A DNA stretch of 64,000 bases from a bacterium (GTDB lineage Bacteria > Cyanobacteriota > Vampirovibrionia > Gastranaerophilales > UBA9971). Positions 19,988 to 29,679 of the stretch are shown in pieces (the stretch's first letter is position 1; each line of letters starts with the position of its first letter). The notes beneath the pieces are model-generated. The model worked only from the letters and a program-made list of their open reading frames with translations. It did not search any database and had not been told where the DNA came from. Where the stretch lies: contig JBAWVS010000003.1 in the NCBI GenBank assembly GCA_037147175.1, positions 9,864 to 73,863 of the forward strand. The letters are read 5' to 3'. Made by a program: the position numbers and the translations under genes.

Positions 19988-20794
19988 CTAGTACAATCCT
20001 TCCAGCAAAACCCATCTGCCAAGCGGTACAACTTCGCAGTAAAATTTTAAGGAATCCTGAAAACATTTATTCAGGCAAAATCCTCCCGAAAGATAAATTT
20101 TATTCGGATTTCCGGCAAAATTCCATGTATTATAAGCAATTCCGTTAATATATTTTGCAATAGCAACATCAGCAGGAATATTTGATGCTATATCATCCAT
20201 AATTTTTTCCATGGCAAAAACTCCGCAGGTTACGGGTATTTTTTCTTTTTGCGCAAGCAGGCTTGAAGAATCCACTCCGTAAAATTTTGAGAGCATTTCT
20301 ACTGTTGCGCCTGTCACACTTCCGCAACTTCCGTTCCAGTCAAGGTCTTTATACTTTCCGTCAGTAAATCTTACCCATTTTACATCTCTGCTGCCTATAT
20401 CAACGATAGTCGCATCTTTCAAATCATCTTCCGAAAGAATTTTTTTTGCGCCATAAGCAAGTGAAAGCATTTCATTCTGGTAAAGACCATCGGGTTTTAC
20501 CCGATTTTTCACCATATGACCTGTTGCCCCGTCAAAATTTATATCAACTGAAGCAAAAAATTTTGAGGGAAAAAGAAAGTGTCTGATATTATTTTTGGCA
20601 CTGTCATTCTCAGATGAAGTTGAATACTCGGTCAATGCAGGGATTGAGACTTTATCTGAAAGTTGGGTTGCTCCTTCGCTGTCAGCAGAGAAACAAAAAG
20701 TTGATAAAGGGCTTGTTAACAGGTCTTTTTCGTCCTCATAAACTTCTAAAACCTTGCTCCAACTCGTCCCCGCATCTATGTATAATTTTGTCAT
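19988..20794 (-). CDS. BadF/BadG/BcrA/BcrD-type ATPase (activase-like, ASKHA fold)
   Basis: Phosphate-1 DAGTSWSK, phosphate-2 DIGSRDVK, CGSVTG (compare CAAGTG), TCGVFA (second cluster-Cys context), SGG. Its start lies 4 nt after the stop of the upstream gene. Confidence 0.6.
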   Translation of the reverse strand: MTKLYIDAGTSWSKVLEVYEDEKDLLTSPLSTFCFSADSEGATQLSDKVSIPALTEYSTSSENDSAKNNIRHFLFPSKFFASVDINFDGATGHMVKNRVKPDGLYQNEMLSLAYGAKKILSEDDLKDATIVDIGSRDVKWVRFTDGKYKDLDWNGSCGSVTGATVEMLSKFYGVDSSSLLAQKEKIPVTCGVFAMEKIMDDIASNIPADVAIAKYINGIAYNTWNFAGNPNKIYLSGGFCLNKCFQDSLKFYCEVVPLGRWVLLEGLY

Positions 20795-20798
20795 AAAC

Positions 20799-21548
20799 TC
20801 ACCCCAGCTTTATAAATGCTTCTATCTTTGCCCTTACCGAATTTGAGGCTTTATCGTCAACATCAACATAAAGTCCGTCATATTTTTTTGCAAGATATTT
20901 TGCTAACTGCATTTTTGCACAAAAAGTCTGGGCAAAAAAAACTGTCGGAACATTTTTATCAACAAACATCTCTAAATCCATATCAGCAGGTTTTCCAGCC
21001 TCAACACATCTGGTCCAGCCGTAAACATGAGTTGTATCAGGAAATAATTCAAGAAAACTCAAGTCATTTGGAGCAACTCCCCAAAAACCGTATTCCGGAA
21101 TTGACTTTTCTACAGAAATTTCCTGTTTTTCTATAACATTGTCCATTATGGTTAATATTTTTTGCTTTAAAGGCAAGTTGCTTGTGGATATTGGAGTTGA
21201 AAAATCTTGATTGCTTTCGTTATATTTTGTTTGTACTACATTAAAGCCCATATCTTCCAGAATTTTTGCGGCAATTCTGCCTGAATCACATTTTTCTTCC
21301 CCTACCGCGGCAACTATAACTTCAAGATTTTCTTTTAAAGCCGTTGTATTATCCATAATATTTTTTATTATTCTGCAAAAAGCATCGGGAATTATACTCG
21401 AATTGGGCATTTCATAATTAACATCAAGGTCTATAATTACGTGATTAGGATATTTCTGTTTTATTTGCATAAAAATTTCGGGTTCCGGATAACCCCAGAT
21501 GCCAATTACTTTTTGCTTTTCGGATTTTAAAAATTCTACTTTATTCAT
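20799..21548 (-). CDS. Short (249 aa) protein resembling 2-hydroxyacyl-CoA dehydratase / BcrC-BadD-HgdB family subunits
   Basis: Operon partner of the activase-like ATPase. Four Cys (AFCRI, EEKCDSG, TRCVEAG, QTFCAKM). The overall pattern is reminiscent of HgdB-like subunits but much shorter. The family assignment is tentative. Confidence 0.4.
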   Translation of the reverse strand: MNKVEFLKSEKQKVIGIWGYPEPEIFMQIKQKYPNHVIIDLDVNYEMPNSSIIPDAFCRIIKNIMDNTTALKENLEVIVAAVGEEKCDSGRIAAKILEDMGFNVVQTKYNESNQDFSTPISTSNLPLKQKILTIMDNVIEKQEISVEKSIPEYGFWGVAPNDLSFLELFPDTTHVYGWTRCVEAGKPADMDLEMFVDKNVPTVFFAQTFCAKMQLAKYLAKKYDGLYVDVDDKASNSVRAKIEAFIKLG

Positions 21549-21661
21549 TGTTTTAGTTTTTTAAATATTAATATTTCTTTAGATATTATACTTTAAATGG
21601 CAATTTATTATGTTGTTTAGTTTTAAGTAAACTGTGATAACAGAATGAATAAGATTTTAAA

Positions 21662-22498
21662 ATGATTATTAATACAAAACAAAATATTTATTTTGTAACC
21701 AATTCAAAAGATTCTAAAATGAATTTTGTTTCTTTTAGTGCTGTAAATCCACACAATCCCTTAGAAACAGCCTTAAGCGAATATTTGTTCGTTGAGCCTG
21801 ACAAAATATCTTTATTAATGAAAAAATTAAATAGTAAAAGTTATGAAACAGTAGGAAACCTTCCTCCTGAATGGAATATAAAGCCTAATAGCAAAAATGA
21901 GGCTGCCATTATGAAAGATTTTGCTGAAGTTGTTAAAGATTTGCGAAAAATCAATTTTTTGCAAACAAAACCTCCTTTATATGTAAAATCTTATGATGAA
22001 TTTTTAAAGCTTGTTGAAAAAAAATAAAAACAAGCAGAAAATAAATTAAAACAACTACTAATCAAATCAGGAATTATAAAAGATACTGAAAAAATTTTGA
22101 TGGAGGAAATTAAGGGAGGCTCAAGAAGTTTTGTATATTCATTTAAAGCTAATGGTAGTGATTATGTAATTAAAATATTAAAAGAGAATAAATCTCATAC
22201 AGAAAAAACTCATGGGGTATTTATTGAAACAAATAAACAGATGTTTTTAAGCAATAAAGAAGGTGATAAATACCTTGCCAAAATTTATTTTTCAGATTTC
22301 AAAAATAATTTTATCTTATCTAAAAAGGAAAAAAACGTACAATCTTCTCTTGACAAAATCCTTGCTTTTCTTTCAGCTATTCAAAAAAAATATAAATTAA
22401 AGTACACCGATTTTAATAATGGCAATATTATTAATAATAAAATTGTTGATTTTGGAGGAATAGATGTTTCTCCATCAAAATTTGTTTTTCCAAACTGA
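21662..22498 (+). pseudogene. Minimal protein-kinase-like ORF interrupted by one in-frame TAA (22025..22027); track ORFs 21662..22027 and 22097..22498 share one frame
   Basis: (22097-21662) is divisible by 3, and the 69 nt between the two ORFs have no further stop (KQAENKLKQLLIKSGIIKDTEKIL). Downstream part: G-loop GGSRSFVY, VIKILK (beta-3 Lys), YTDFNNGNI (DxxxxN catalytic loop), IVDFGG (DFG). The second ORF has no SD. Confidence 0.5.
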
Positions 22499-22550
22499 TT
22501 TTTTAAAATATTAATTTTTTCTTAAGTTTTATTTATTAAAATATTTCAAC

Positions 22551-22559
22551 TGATATAAA
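22551..22559 (+). promoter_or_regulatory. Extended -10 promoter element TGATATAAA upstream of dnaK
   Basis: TGn + TATAAA lies 111 nt upstream of the dnaK ATG. It is near-identical to TGATATAAT at 30931 and 48989. Confidence 0.4.
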
Positions 22560-22566
22560 TATACTA

Positions 22567-22584
22567 TAAGGAAAATTTTCCTTA
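22567..22584. promoter_or_regulatory. Perfect 18-bp palindrome TAAGGAAAATTTTCCTTA at the predicted dnaK transcription start (candidate operator)
   Basis: It starts 8 nt after the -10 element. Read directly from the sequence. Confidence 0.35.
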
Positions 22585-22651
22585 AAATTTTGTATGTAAA
22601 AATTTTCATATTAAAATGAGATAAAGAATACAGAAATTAGAGAAAAATTAA

Positions 22652-24505
<1,854 letters not shown>

Positions 24506-24523
24506 GTCTTAATACAGAATACT

Positions 24524-24552
24524 AAAAAGCCCCGAGATTTCGGGGCTTTTTA
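24524..24552 (+). terminator. Intrinsic terminator of dnaK
   Basis: GCCCCGA (24529..24535) / TCGGGGC (24540..24546), 4-nt loop, then TTTTT. Confidence 0.85.
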
Positions 24553-24595
24553 AATTTTAAAAAATTTGATAAAACAGAAAATATTAAGACAGCTT

Positions 24596-24832
24596 CTAAA
24601 CTTTTGCAATACTAATTTCGATATGTTCTTCTTCATTTTCTCTGCTGATGTTAAATTTAACATGCCGGTCATCCTGATGACGATTGACGAAATCAGCTTT
24701 ATGATAAACATTAAAATTCGTTATTATATATCCTTCTGAGATATAGTTTTCTAAAATATCTTTAACACGTTCTAACTTTGCACCTACAAGTTTAAAATGA
24801 GCTTGTTTTAATATTTTTACAAAATTATTAAT
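24596..24832 (-). CDS. Hypothetical 78-aa ORF with no ATG/GTG/TTG; possible ATT start
   Basis: 83-codon stop-free stretch in AT-rich DNA, not in the track. The SD-like ACAGGGG (24847..24841) lies 8 nt before ATT (24832..24830). Translation: INNFVKILKQAHFKLVGAKLERVKDILENYISEGYIITNFNVYHKADFVNRHQDDRHVKFNISRENEEEHIEISIAKV. Confidence 0.3.
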   Translation of the reverse strand: MNNFVKILKQAHFKLVGAKLERVKDILENYISEGYIITNFNVYHKADFVNRHQDDRHVKFNISRENEEEHIEISIAKV

Positions 24833-24912
24833 AAAATTAACCCCTGTTTTTGATTACAATATAATTATCGCATAAACAGGTTATTTAATTTATTTGTAGT
24901 GTACAAAAAGAA

Positions 24913-25035
24913 TTATTTGTTGTCTGCGGGTTTGGCAGTAGCAGACTGAACCGAATTTTGAGAGTTTGGCGCTTTTGAAGGTTTAGCCTGTTTTGGTTTT
25001 TTAACTTCTCTTTTTCCGCCTTTATCTTTAGACAT
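24913..25035 (-). CDS. Small basic hypothetical protein, 40 aa (MSKDKGGKREVKKPKQAKPSKAPNSQNSVQSATAKPADNK)
   Basis: AAGGAG lies about 9 nt upstream of the ATG. Below the track size cut-off. Confidence 0.4.
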   Translation of the reverse strand: MSKDKGGKREVKKPKQAKPSKAPNSQNSVQSATAKPADNK

Positions 25036-25163
25036 AATAAAATTCTCCTTAAATTTTGATATCAGTATTTTGTATTAAATTAATAATACTCCTATTCTAA
25101 GATTCTTACAAAATTATTTGTATTACAACATGGAATTTAATTTAAATAAAAAAAAATAACTTT

Positions 25164-26171
25164 TTACAAAACTGCCTCGATTTTTTCCAGATAAAACTTA
25201 TAAATATATGTCATTGCATGCAAAGTCATTGAGGCAACCATAACTTCTTCTTTCCACTCATAAAATCCGCACACGGGAGGCAAAATAGACAGCGGATTAT
25301 CAGGAAAATCCCTGCAAATATCCGGTCTTTTTTCATAAATAGTGCAGGTATTATCACGAGAAATATGCGGGCAATGATAAAAATAAATATTTTCATCTTC
25401 ATCAAGAGTTTGTTTTACTAAATCCACATAATCAGGAAAAATTTCCCTTGCTTCATCTAAAGTTTTGTAGGGAATGAAAATACTTGAAAACTGTTTTGCA
25501 AATTCATCACCGTTTTTAGCTTTTTGTTTTAATTCTTCTAAATCATATTCTGAGCATGCAAGCTTGCAGCAGGTCGCGCATCTGTCGCAGTTAAAATTAT
25601 TACTGTAATTTTTGATTTCCTCTGCTTTTACATAAATATCCGGAGCTATTTCATTTTTAATTTTATCTGTACAAAATTTTTGCCATTCGCGAAAACTGCA
25701 ATTTTTTGGAAGAATGGTTGTTACGGAATTCGGGAAATTATCGCATAAAAAACTTTTTTCTTTGCAAACACATTTATCATCCGATAAATTTCTGCAAAAA
25801 TAAAAATAAACAGGATCTAAAGACTTTGAAAGAACAGAAGACACATAAGCATTGTCTGCCGCAAGAGCTTTTTCATTATTTATTTCAACAAGGATTTCGT
25901 TGTCTTGTTCATAAGTAAAAAATTCATCTGCTCCGTACGGAATAAAAAGCTTGATGTATTCCTGAGAAATCACATCTTCCTTCTGAGAAAGTTCATATAT
26001 ATCAGCAGGAGAAAACGGGGAGTATCTTATTTTGCAGCAGGAATGGCATTTTGAGCAAGAAAATTCTTTCTTAAGCTTATTTAGCTGTTCTTTAAAAGTT
26101 TTGTCCGCTTCAAAAAACAGTTCACGATACAAAATTCTATTTTTTTTTCTTTCCAGATCAAGCTTATTCAT
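25164..26171 (-). CDS. Cys-rich protein with two tandem YkgJ-type (CxxCxxCC) zinc/iron-chelating domains
   Basis: CSKCHSCCKIRY ... FCRNLSDDKCVCKEKSFLCDNFP, then CDRCATCCKLACS ... HCPHISRDNTCTIYEKRPDICRDFP. Confidence 0.7.
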   Translation of the reverse strand: MNKLDLERKKNRILYRELFFEADKTFKEQLNKLKKEFSCSKCHSCCKIRYSPFSPADIYELSQKEDVISQEYIKLFIPYGADEFFTYEQDNEILVEINNEKALAADNAYVSSVLSKSLDPVYFYFCRNLSDDKCVCKEKSFLCDNFPNSVTTILPKNCSFREWQKFCTDKIKNEIAPDIYVKAEEIKNYSNNFNCDRCATCCKLACSEYDLEELKQKAKNGDEFAKQFSSIFIPYKTLDEAREIFPDYVDLVKQTLDEDENIYFYHCPHISRDNTCTIYEKRPDICRDFPDNPLSILPPVCGFYEWKEEVMVASMTLHAMTYIYKFYLEKIEAVL

Positions 26172-26430
26172 TTTTAATCCTGTTAGATTTCTTTCTTAAT
26201 TAAAACTATAACACATACACCAAAATGGATAAAAATAGCCAAAACAGAAGCAATTATTAATAAGCATTATTATATTTGAATAAATTAACACAAAGGACTA
26301 TCGAGAACCTGCCCGTTAGTTTGTTTAAAAAAGACTTCACATGACCTAGAATTTAAACAGAAATATCTAAAAATATGAGAAAAAACATGTAATCTTAAAA
26401 TAGCAGGCTAATGTCCTGAGGAGAAATATT

Positions 26431-26742
26431 ATGGAACTAGGGCAAACTTACGGGGATGAAGTATATAACCCCAATCTGCTGGAATTCAGAAATATTTCCA
26501 AAGATATTCTTCCTTGGCTCGAAAAAATAGCTATCGAGAATAATTGCAGAATAGAAAAAAAAGAATGGAGAAGCAAATATAACAGCTACGTTGTTTATGA
26601 CTATGAACCTTTTTGCTCGGACGGTTTTGAGATTAGTCTGAGTATTTCGTCCACATCAAAAAACTATCTTAAATTTATACAATATCTTTACAGCAATAAA
26701 ATTAAAACTATAGAATACCTGAAAGTATGTCTGTCCAGCTAA
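26431..26742 (+). CDS. Hypothetical protein, 103 aa
   Basis: SD GAGGAG 7 nt before the ATG. No recognisable motif. Confidence 0.5.
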   Translation: MELGQTYGDEVYNPNLLEFRNISKDILPWLEKIAIENNCRIEKKEWRSKYNSYVVYDYEPFCSDGFEISLSISSTSKNYLKFIQYLYSNKIKTIEYLKVCLSS

Positions 26743-26765
26743 TTTCAATCAAAATATAATTAAAA

Positions 26766-26807
26766 AAGAACCAGCCTTATTGTGATAAATAAAAAGGGCT
26801 GGTTCTT
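26766..26807 (-). terminator. Hairpin terminator downstream of the CoADR-fusion gene
   Basis: 11-bp stem AAGAACCAGCC / GGCTGGTTCTT with a 20-nt loop. On the minus strand it is followed by TTTTTTA. Confidence 0.5.
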
Positions 26808-26814
26808 AAATTAA

Positions 26815-29244
26815 TTATATGAATAAATTCACGTCAGATTTTTCGGCAGCGTTGATGTAAGTGGCAACTCCACCGATTTCTACACCCGAAATAAGTTCTT
26901 CCGGTTTAATTCCCATAACATCAAGCGACATCTGACAGGCAATAAAGGTTACGCCATTATCCTGTGCCTGTTCGATAAGTTCATTAAGTGTTGCAACATT
27001 TTTTGATTTCATAACATGTTTCATCATAAGAGTCCCTAGCCCAAACATGTTTAATTTAGAGAGGATAAGCATATCAGCACCTTTCGGCATCATCATCCCG
27101 AACATTTTATCAAGCAACCTTTTTTTAACTTTTGGTGATTGCGTTTTTCTGAGTATATTTAATCCCCAAAAAGTAAAAAACATGGTAACAGGATTTCCTG
27201 TTGCAGCCGCGCCATTAGCTATAATAAAAGATGCCAGTGCTTTATCAAGGTCACTGCTAAATACCACAAAAGTTTTATCAGTTCCCGAAGAATTGTTTAT
27301 TTTATTCTTTGTTGTTCCCTTTTGAATAGAAGCTGTTATTATCCTGTTTTCGTCCTTGATTTCAAGCAGTGTATTCCCTGTGCTATTACACCATGCCTGA
27401 ATATCTTTTTTGAAACCGGGGTCAGTTGTTTTAATCTTAATAACTTCACCGCTGTTAAGTTCTTTTAAAGACTGAGTCAACTTCATTATCGGACCGGGAC
27501 ACTGCATTCCGCATGCATCAATTTCATTACAAATAACTTCATCAAAAGGAATTGAATCAAAATCAGCAACGTTTTTATTTTCATCCTGCTTAAAGTTTTT
27601 ATCTTCAAGCACATGTTTATATATACTGTATCCGCCAATTAATCCGTAAACATCTTCAAACCCTTTTTGCATAAGAATTCTTGCTGCAAAGTACGATTTT
27701 TTGCCTTTGTTGCAGTAAATAAGAATTTTTTTATCTTTAGGAAGCTCATTTAATCGGCTTCTTAATTCTTCAAGGGGAATATTATAGCTTCGAGGAAGTG
27801 TTCCGAACATTTGCTCTTCTCTTGCTCTTACATCAAGAACAAATGTTTCATCATTAAGTTTTTCAATATTATCCCAGTAAAAAGGTTTGACTTTACCTTC
27901 CAGAATATTTAACGCACCCATTCCTGCAAGGTTTACAGGATCTTTTGCCGACCCGAAAGGAGGAGCATAAGAAAGTTCAAGTTTTGCGAGGTCTGCAACT
28001 GTTTTTTCAAACCTTATTGCTGTTGCAATTACATCTATTCTTTTGTCTACTCCATCAAGTCCTATAATTTGCGCTCCAAGCAATTTGCCGTTTTCCGAAG
28101 AAAAAAGTGTTTTTATCATAAGAGGAAAAGCTTCCGGATAATATTCGGCATGCGAAAAGACAGGAGTATAAGTTTTCATATATGAAATATTGTTTTTCGA
28201 AAGCTGTTTTTCGTTGTTTCCTGTTGTTGCAACAGTTATATCAAATATTTTCAGGATAGAAGTTCCCTGCGTAGCATCATATTTTGAATTGAATCCGCAA
28301 ATATTTTCAGCCGCAATTCTTCCCTGTTTATTTGCAGGTCCTGCAAGAGGAATCAAAGCATTTTGCCCCGTAATAAAATCTTTGACCTCAATAACATCTC
28401 CGACTGCCCATATATTTTCATCCGAAGTCTGAAGATAATCATTTACTAAAATTCCGCCCGTTTGACCTATCTTAAGACCTGCCTCTGCGGCAAATTTTGA
28501 TTCCGGTTTCACTCCTATTGCAAGAATTACAAGTTCTGTTTTAATTTGTTTACCGCTATATAAATTAACAGCTAACTCTTGCCCATTTTCAAAGGACTTT
28601 ACTCCGTCAAATATATATAAATCAATTTCTTTATCTCTCAAATGATTGTGAATTTGTGCTGCAATTTCAATGTCAACAGGGGCTAAAACTTGAGTTGATC
28701 CTTCTACAAGACTCACTTTTAAACCAAGATGCCTGAGATTTTCGGTCATTTCCAGTCCGATAAAACCTCCGCCTATAACCACTGCATTTTTTACTTTATT
28801 TTTTCTTATAAAATTTTTAATTGCATCTGCATCAGGGACATTTCTGACTGTAAAAATTCTTTCGTCATTTATACCCGGAATATTTGGTCTGACAGGAGAA
28901 GCCCCCGGCGAAAGTATCAGTTTATCGTAATTTTCCTCATATTCGATATCGGATTTTCTGTCAAGAACTGTTATGGTTTTTCTGTCTCGATTAATTTTAA
29001 CGACTTCCGCTTCCACTCTTGCTTCAATATTAAACATAGCATCAAGTTGAGCCGGAGTAAGCAAAAGAAGTTTTTCCCTGTCTTTGATTACATCCCCGCA
29101 GTAATATGGAATACCGCAATTAGCAAAGGAAATATGCTTTCCTTTCTCAAAAATTATGATTTCAGCGTTTTCATCAAGCCTTCTTAATCTCGCTGCCGCG
29201 CTTGCTCCGCCTGCAACTCCGCCTACTATTAAAACTTTCATCAT
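26815..29244 (-). CDS. Four-domain fusion: CoA-disulfide/persulfide reductase (FAD/NAD) + rhodanese + TusA/SirA-like + DsrE/DsrF-like domain
   Basis: GGVAGGASAA dinucleotide fold. Redox Cys in SFANCGIPYY. Second GGGFIGLE fold. Rhodanese loop YCNKGKKS. TusA-type CGMQCPGP. C-terminal DsrE-like module (FIACQMSLDVMG). Confidence 0.85.
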   Translation of the reverse strand: MMKVLIVGGVAGGASAAARLRRLDENAEIIIFEKGKHISFANCGIPYYCGDVIKDREKLLLLTPAQLDAMFNIEARVEAEVVKINRDRKTITVLDRKSDIEYEENYDKLILSPGASPVRPNIPGINDERIFTVRNVPDADAIKNFIRKNKVKNAVVIGGGFIGLEMTENLRHLGLKVSLVEGSTQVLAPVDIEIAAQIHNHLRDKEIDLYIFDGVKSFENGQELAVNLYSGKQIKTELVILAIGVKPESKFAAEAGLKIGQTGGILVNDYLQTSDENIWAVGDVIEVKDFITGQNALIPLAGPANKQGRIAAENICGFNSKYDATQGTSILKIFDITVATTGNNEKQLSKNNISYMKTYTPVFSHAEYYPEAFPLMIKTLFSSENGKLLGAQIIGLDGVDKRIDVIATAIRFEKTVADLAKLELSYAPPFGSAKDPVNLAGMGALNILEGKVKPFYWDNIEKLNDETFVLDVRAREEQMFGTLPRSYNIPLEELRSRLNELPKDKKILIYCNKGKKSYFAARILMQKGFEDVYGLIGGYSIYKHVLEDKNFKQDENKNVADFDSIPFDEVICNEIDACGMQCPGPIMKLTQSLKELNSGEVIKIKTTDPGFKKDIQAWCNSTGNTLLEIKDENRIITASIQKGTTKNKINNSSGTDKTFVVFSSDLDKALASFIIANGAAATGNPVTMFFTFWGLNILRKTQSPKVKKRLLDKMFGMMMPKGADMLILSKLNMFGLGTLMMKHVMKSKNVATLNELIEQAQDNGVTFIACQMSLDVMGIKPEELISGVEIGGVATYINAAEKSDVNLFI

Positions 29245-29306
29245 TATTCTCCTTATTAAAAATTTTAGTTCTTTTTATTATCTTCCTATATTTTTTTTAA
29301 AAAATC

Positions 29307-29576
29307 TTAATTAAGAGAACTAAATATTTTTTTCACCTGTTCATTAGTTACTTTATAGCAAATCTGATTGCCGTTTCGAAAGCCTTCAATAATTCCATGT
29401 GATTTAAGAATATTCAAATGCTGAGAAACAGTGGGCTGAGGCACATCAAGATTTTGAACCATCTTGGAAACATTGCATTCTTGTTTTTGTATTAAGCCCA
29501 TTACTATTTGAACTCTTAAAGAATGTGCAAGTCCTTTGAAGATTTCTGAAAGATTTTCGTGTTCTGATTTTTCCAT
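29307..29576 (-). CDS. ArsR/SmtB-family winged-helix transcriptional regulator
   Basis: 89 aa. LAHSLRVQIVMGL...CNVSKMVQNLDVPQPTVSQHLNILKSHGII is a typical ArsR HTH. Confidence 0.85.
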   Translation of the reverse strand: MEKSEHENLSEIFKGLAHSLRVQIVMGLIQKQECNVSKMVQNLDVPQPTVSQHLNILKSHGIIEGFRNGNQICYKVTNEQVKKIFSSLN

Positions 29577-29679
29577 ACTTTCACCTTAATTTTTTCATAT
29601 CGATACATTATAATATCCGAATATACTAATATAATATCAGTAGTTTTAAATTTGTCAATATTCTTGTTATAATAATTTC

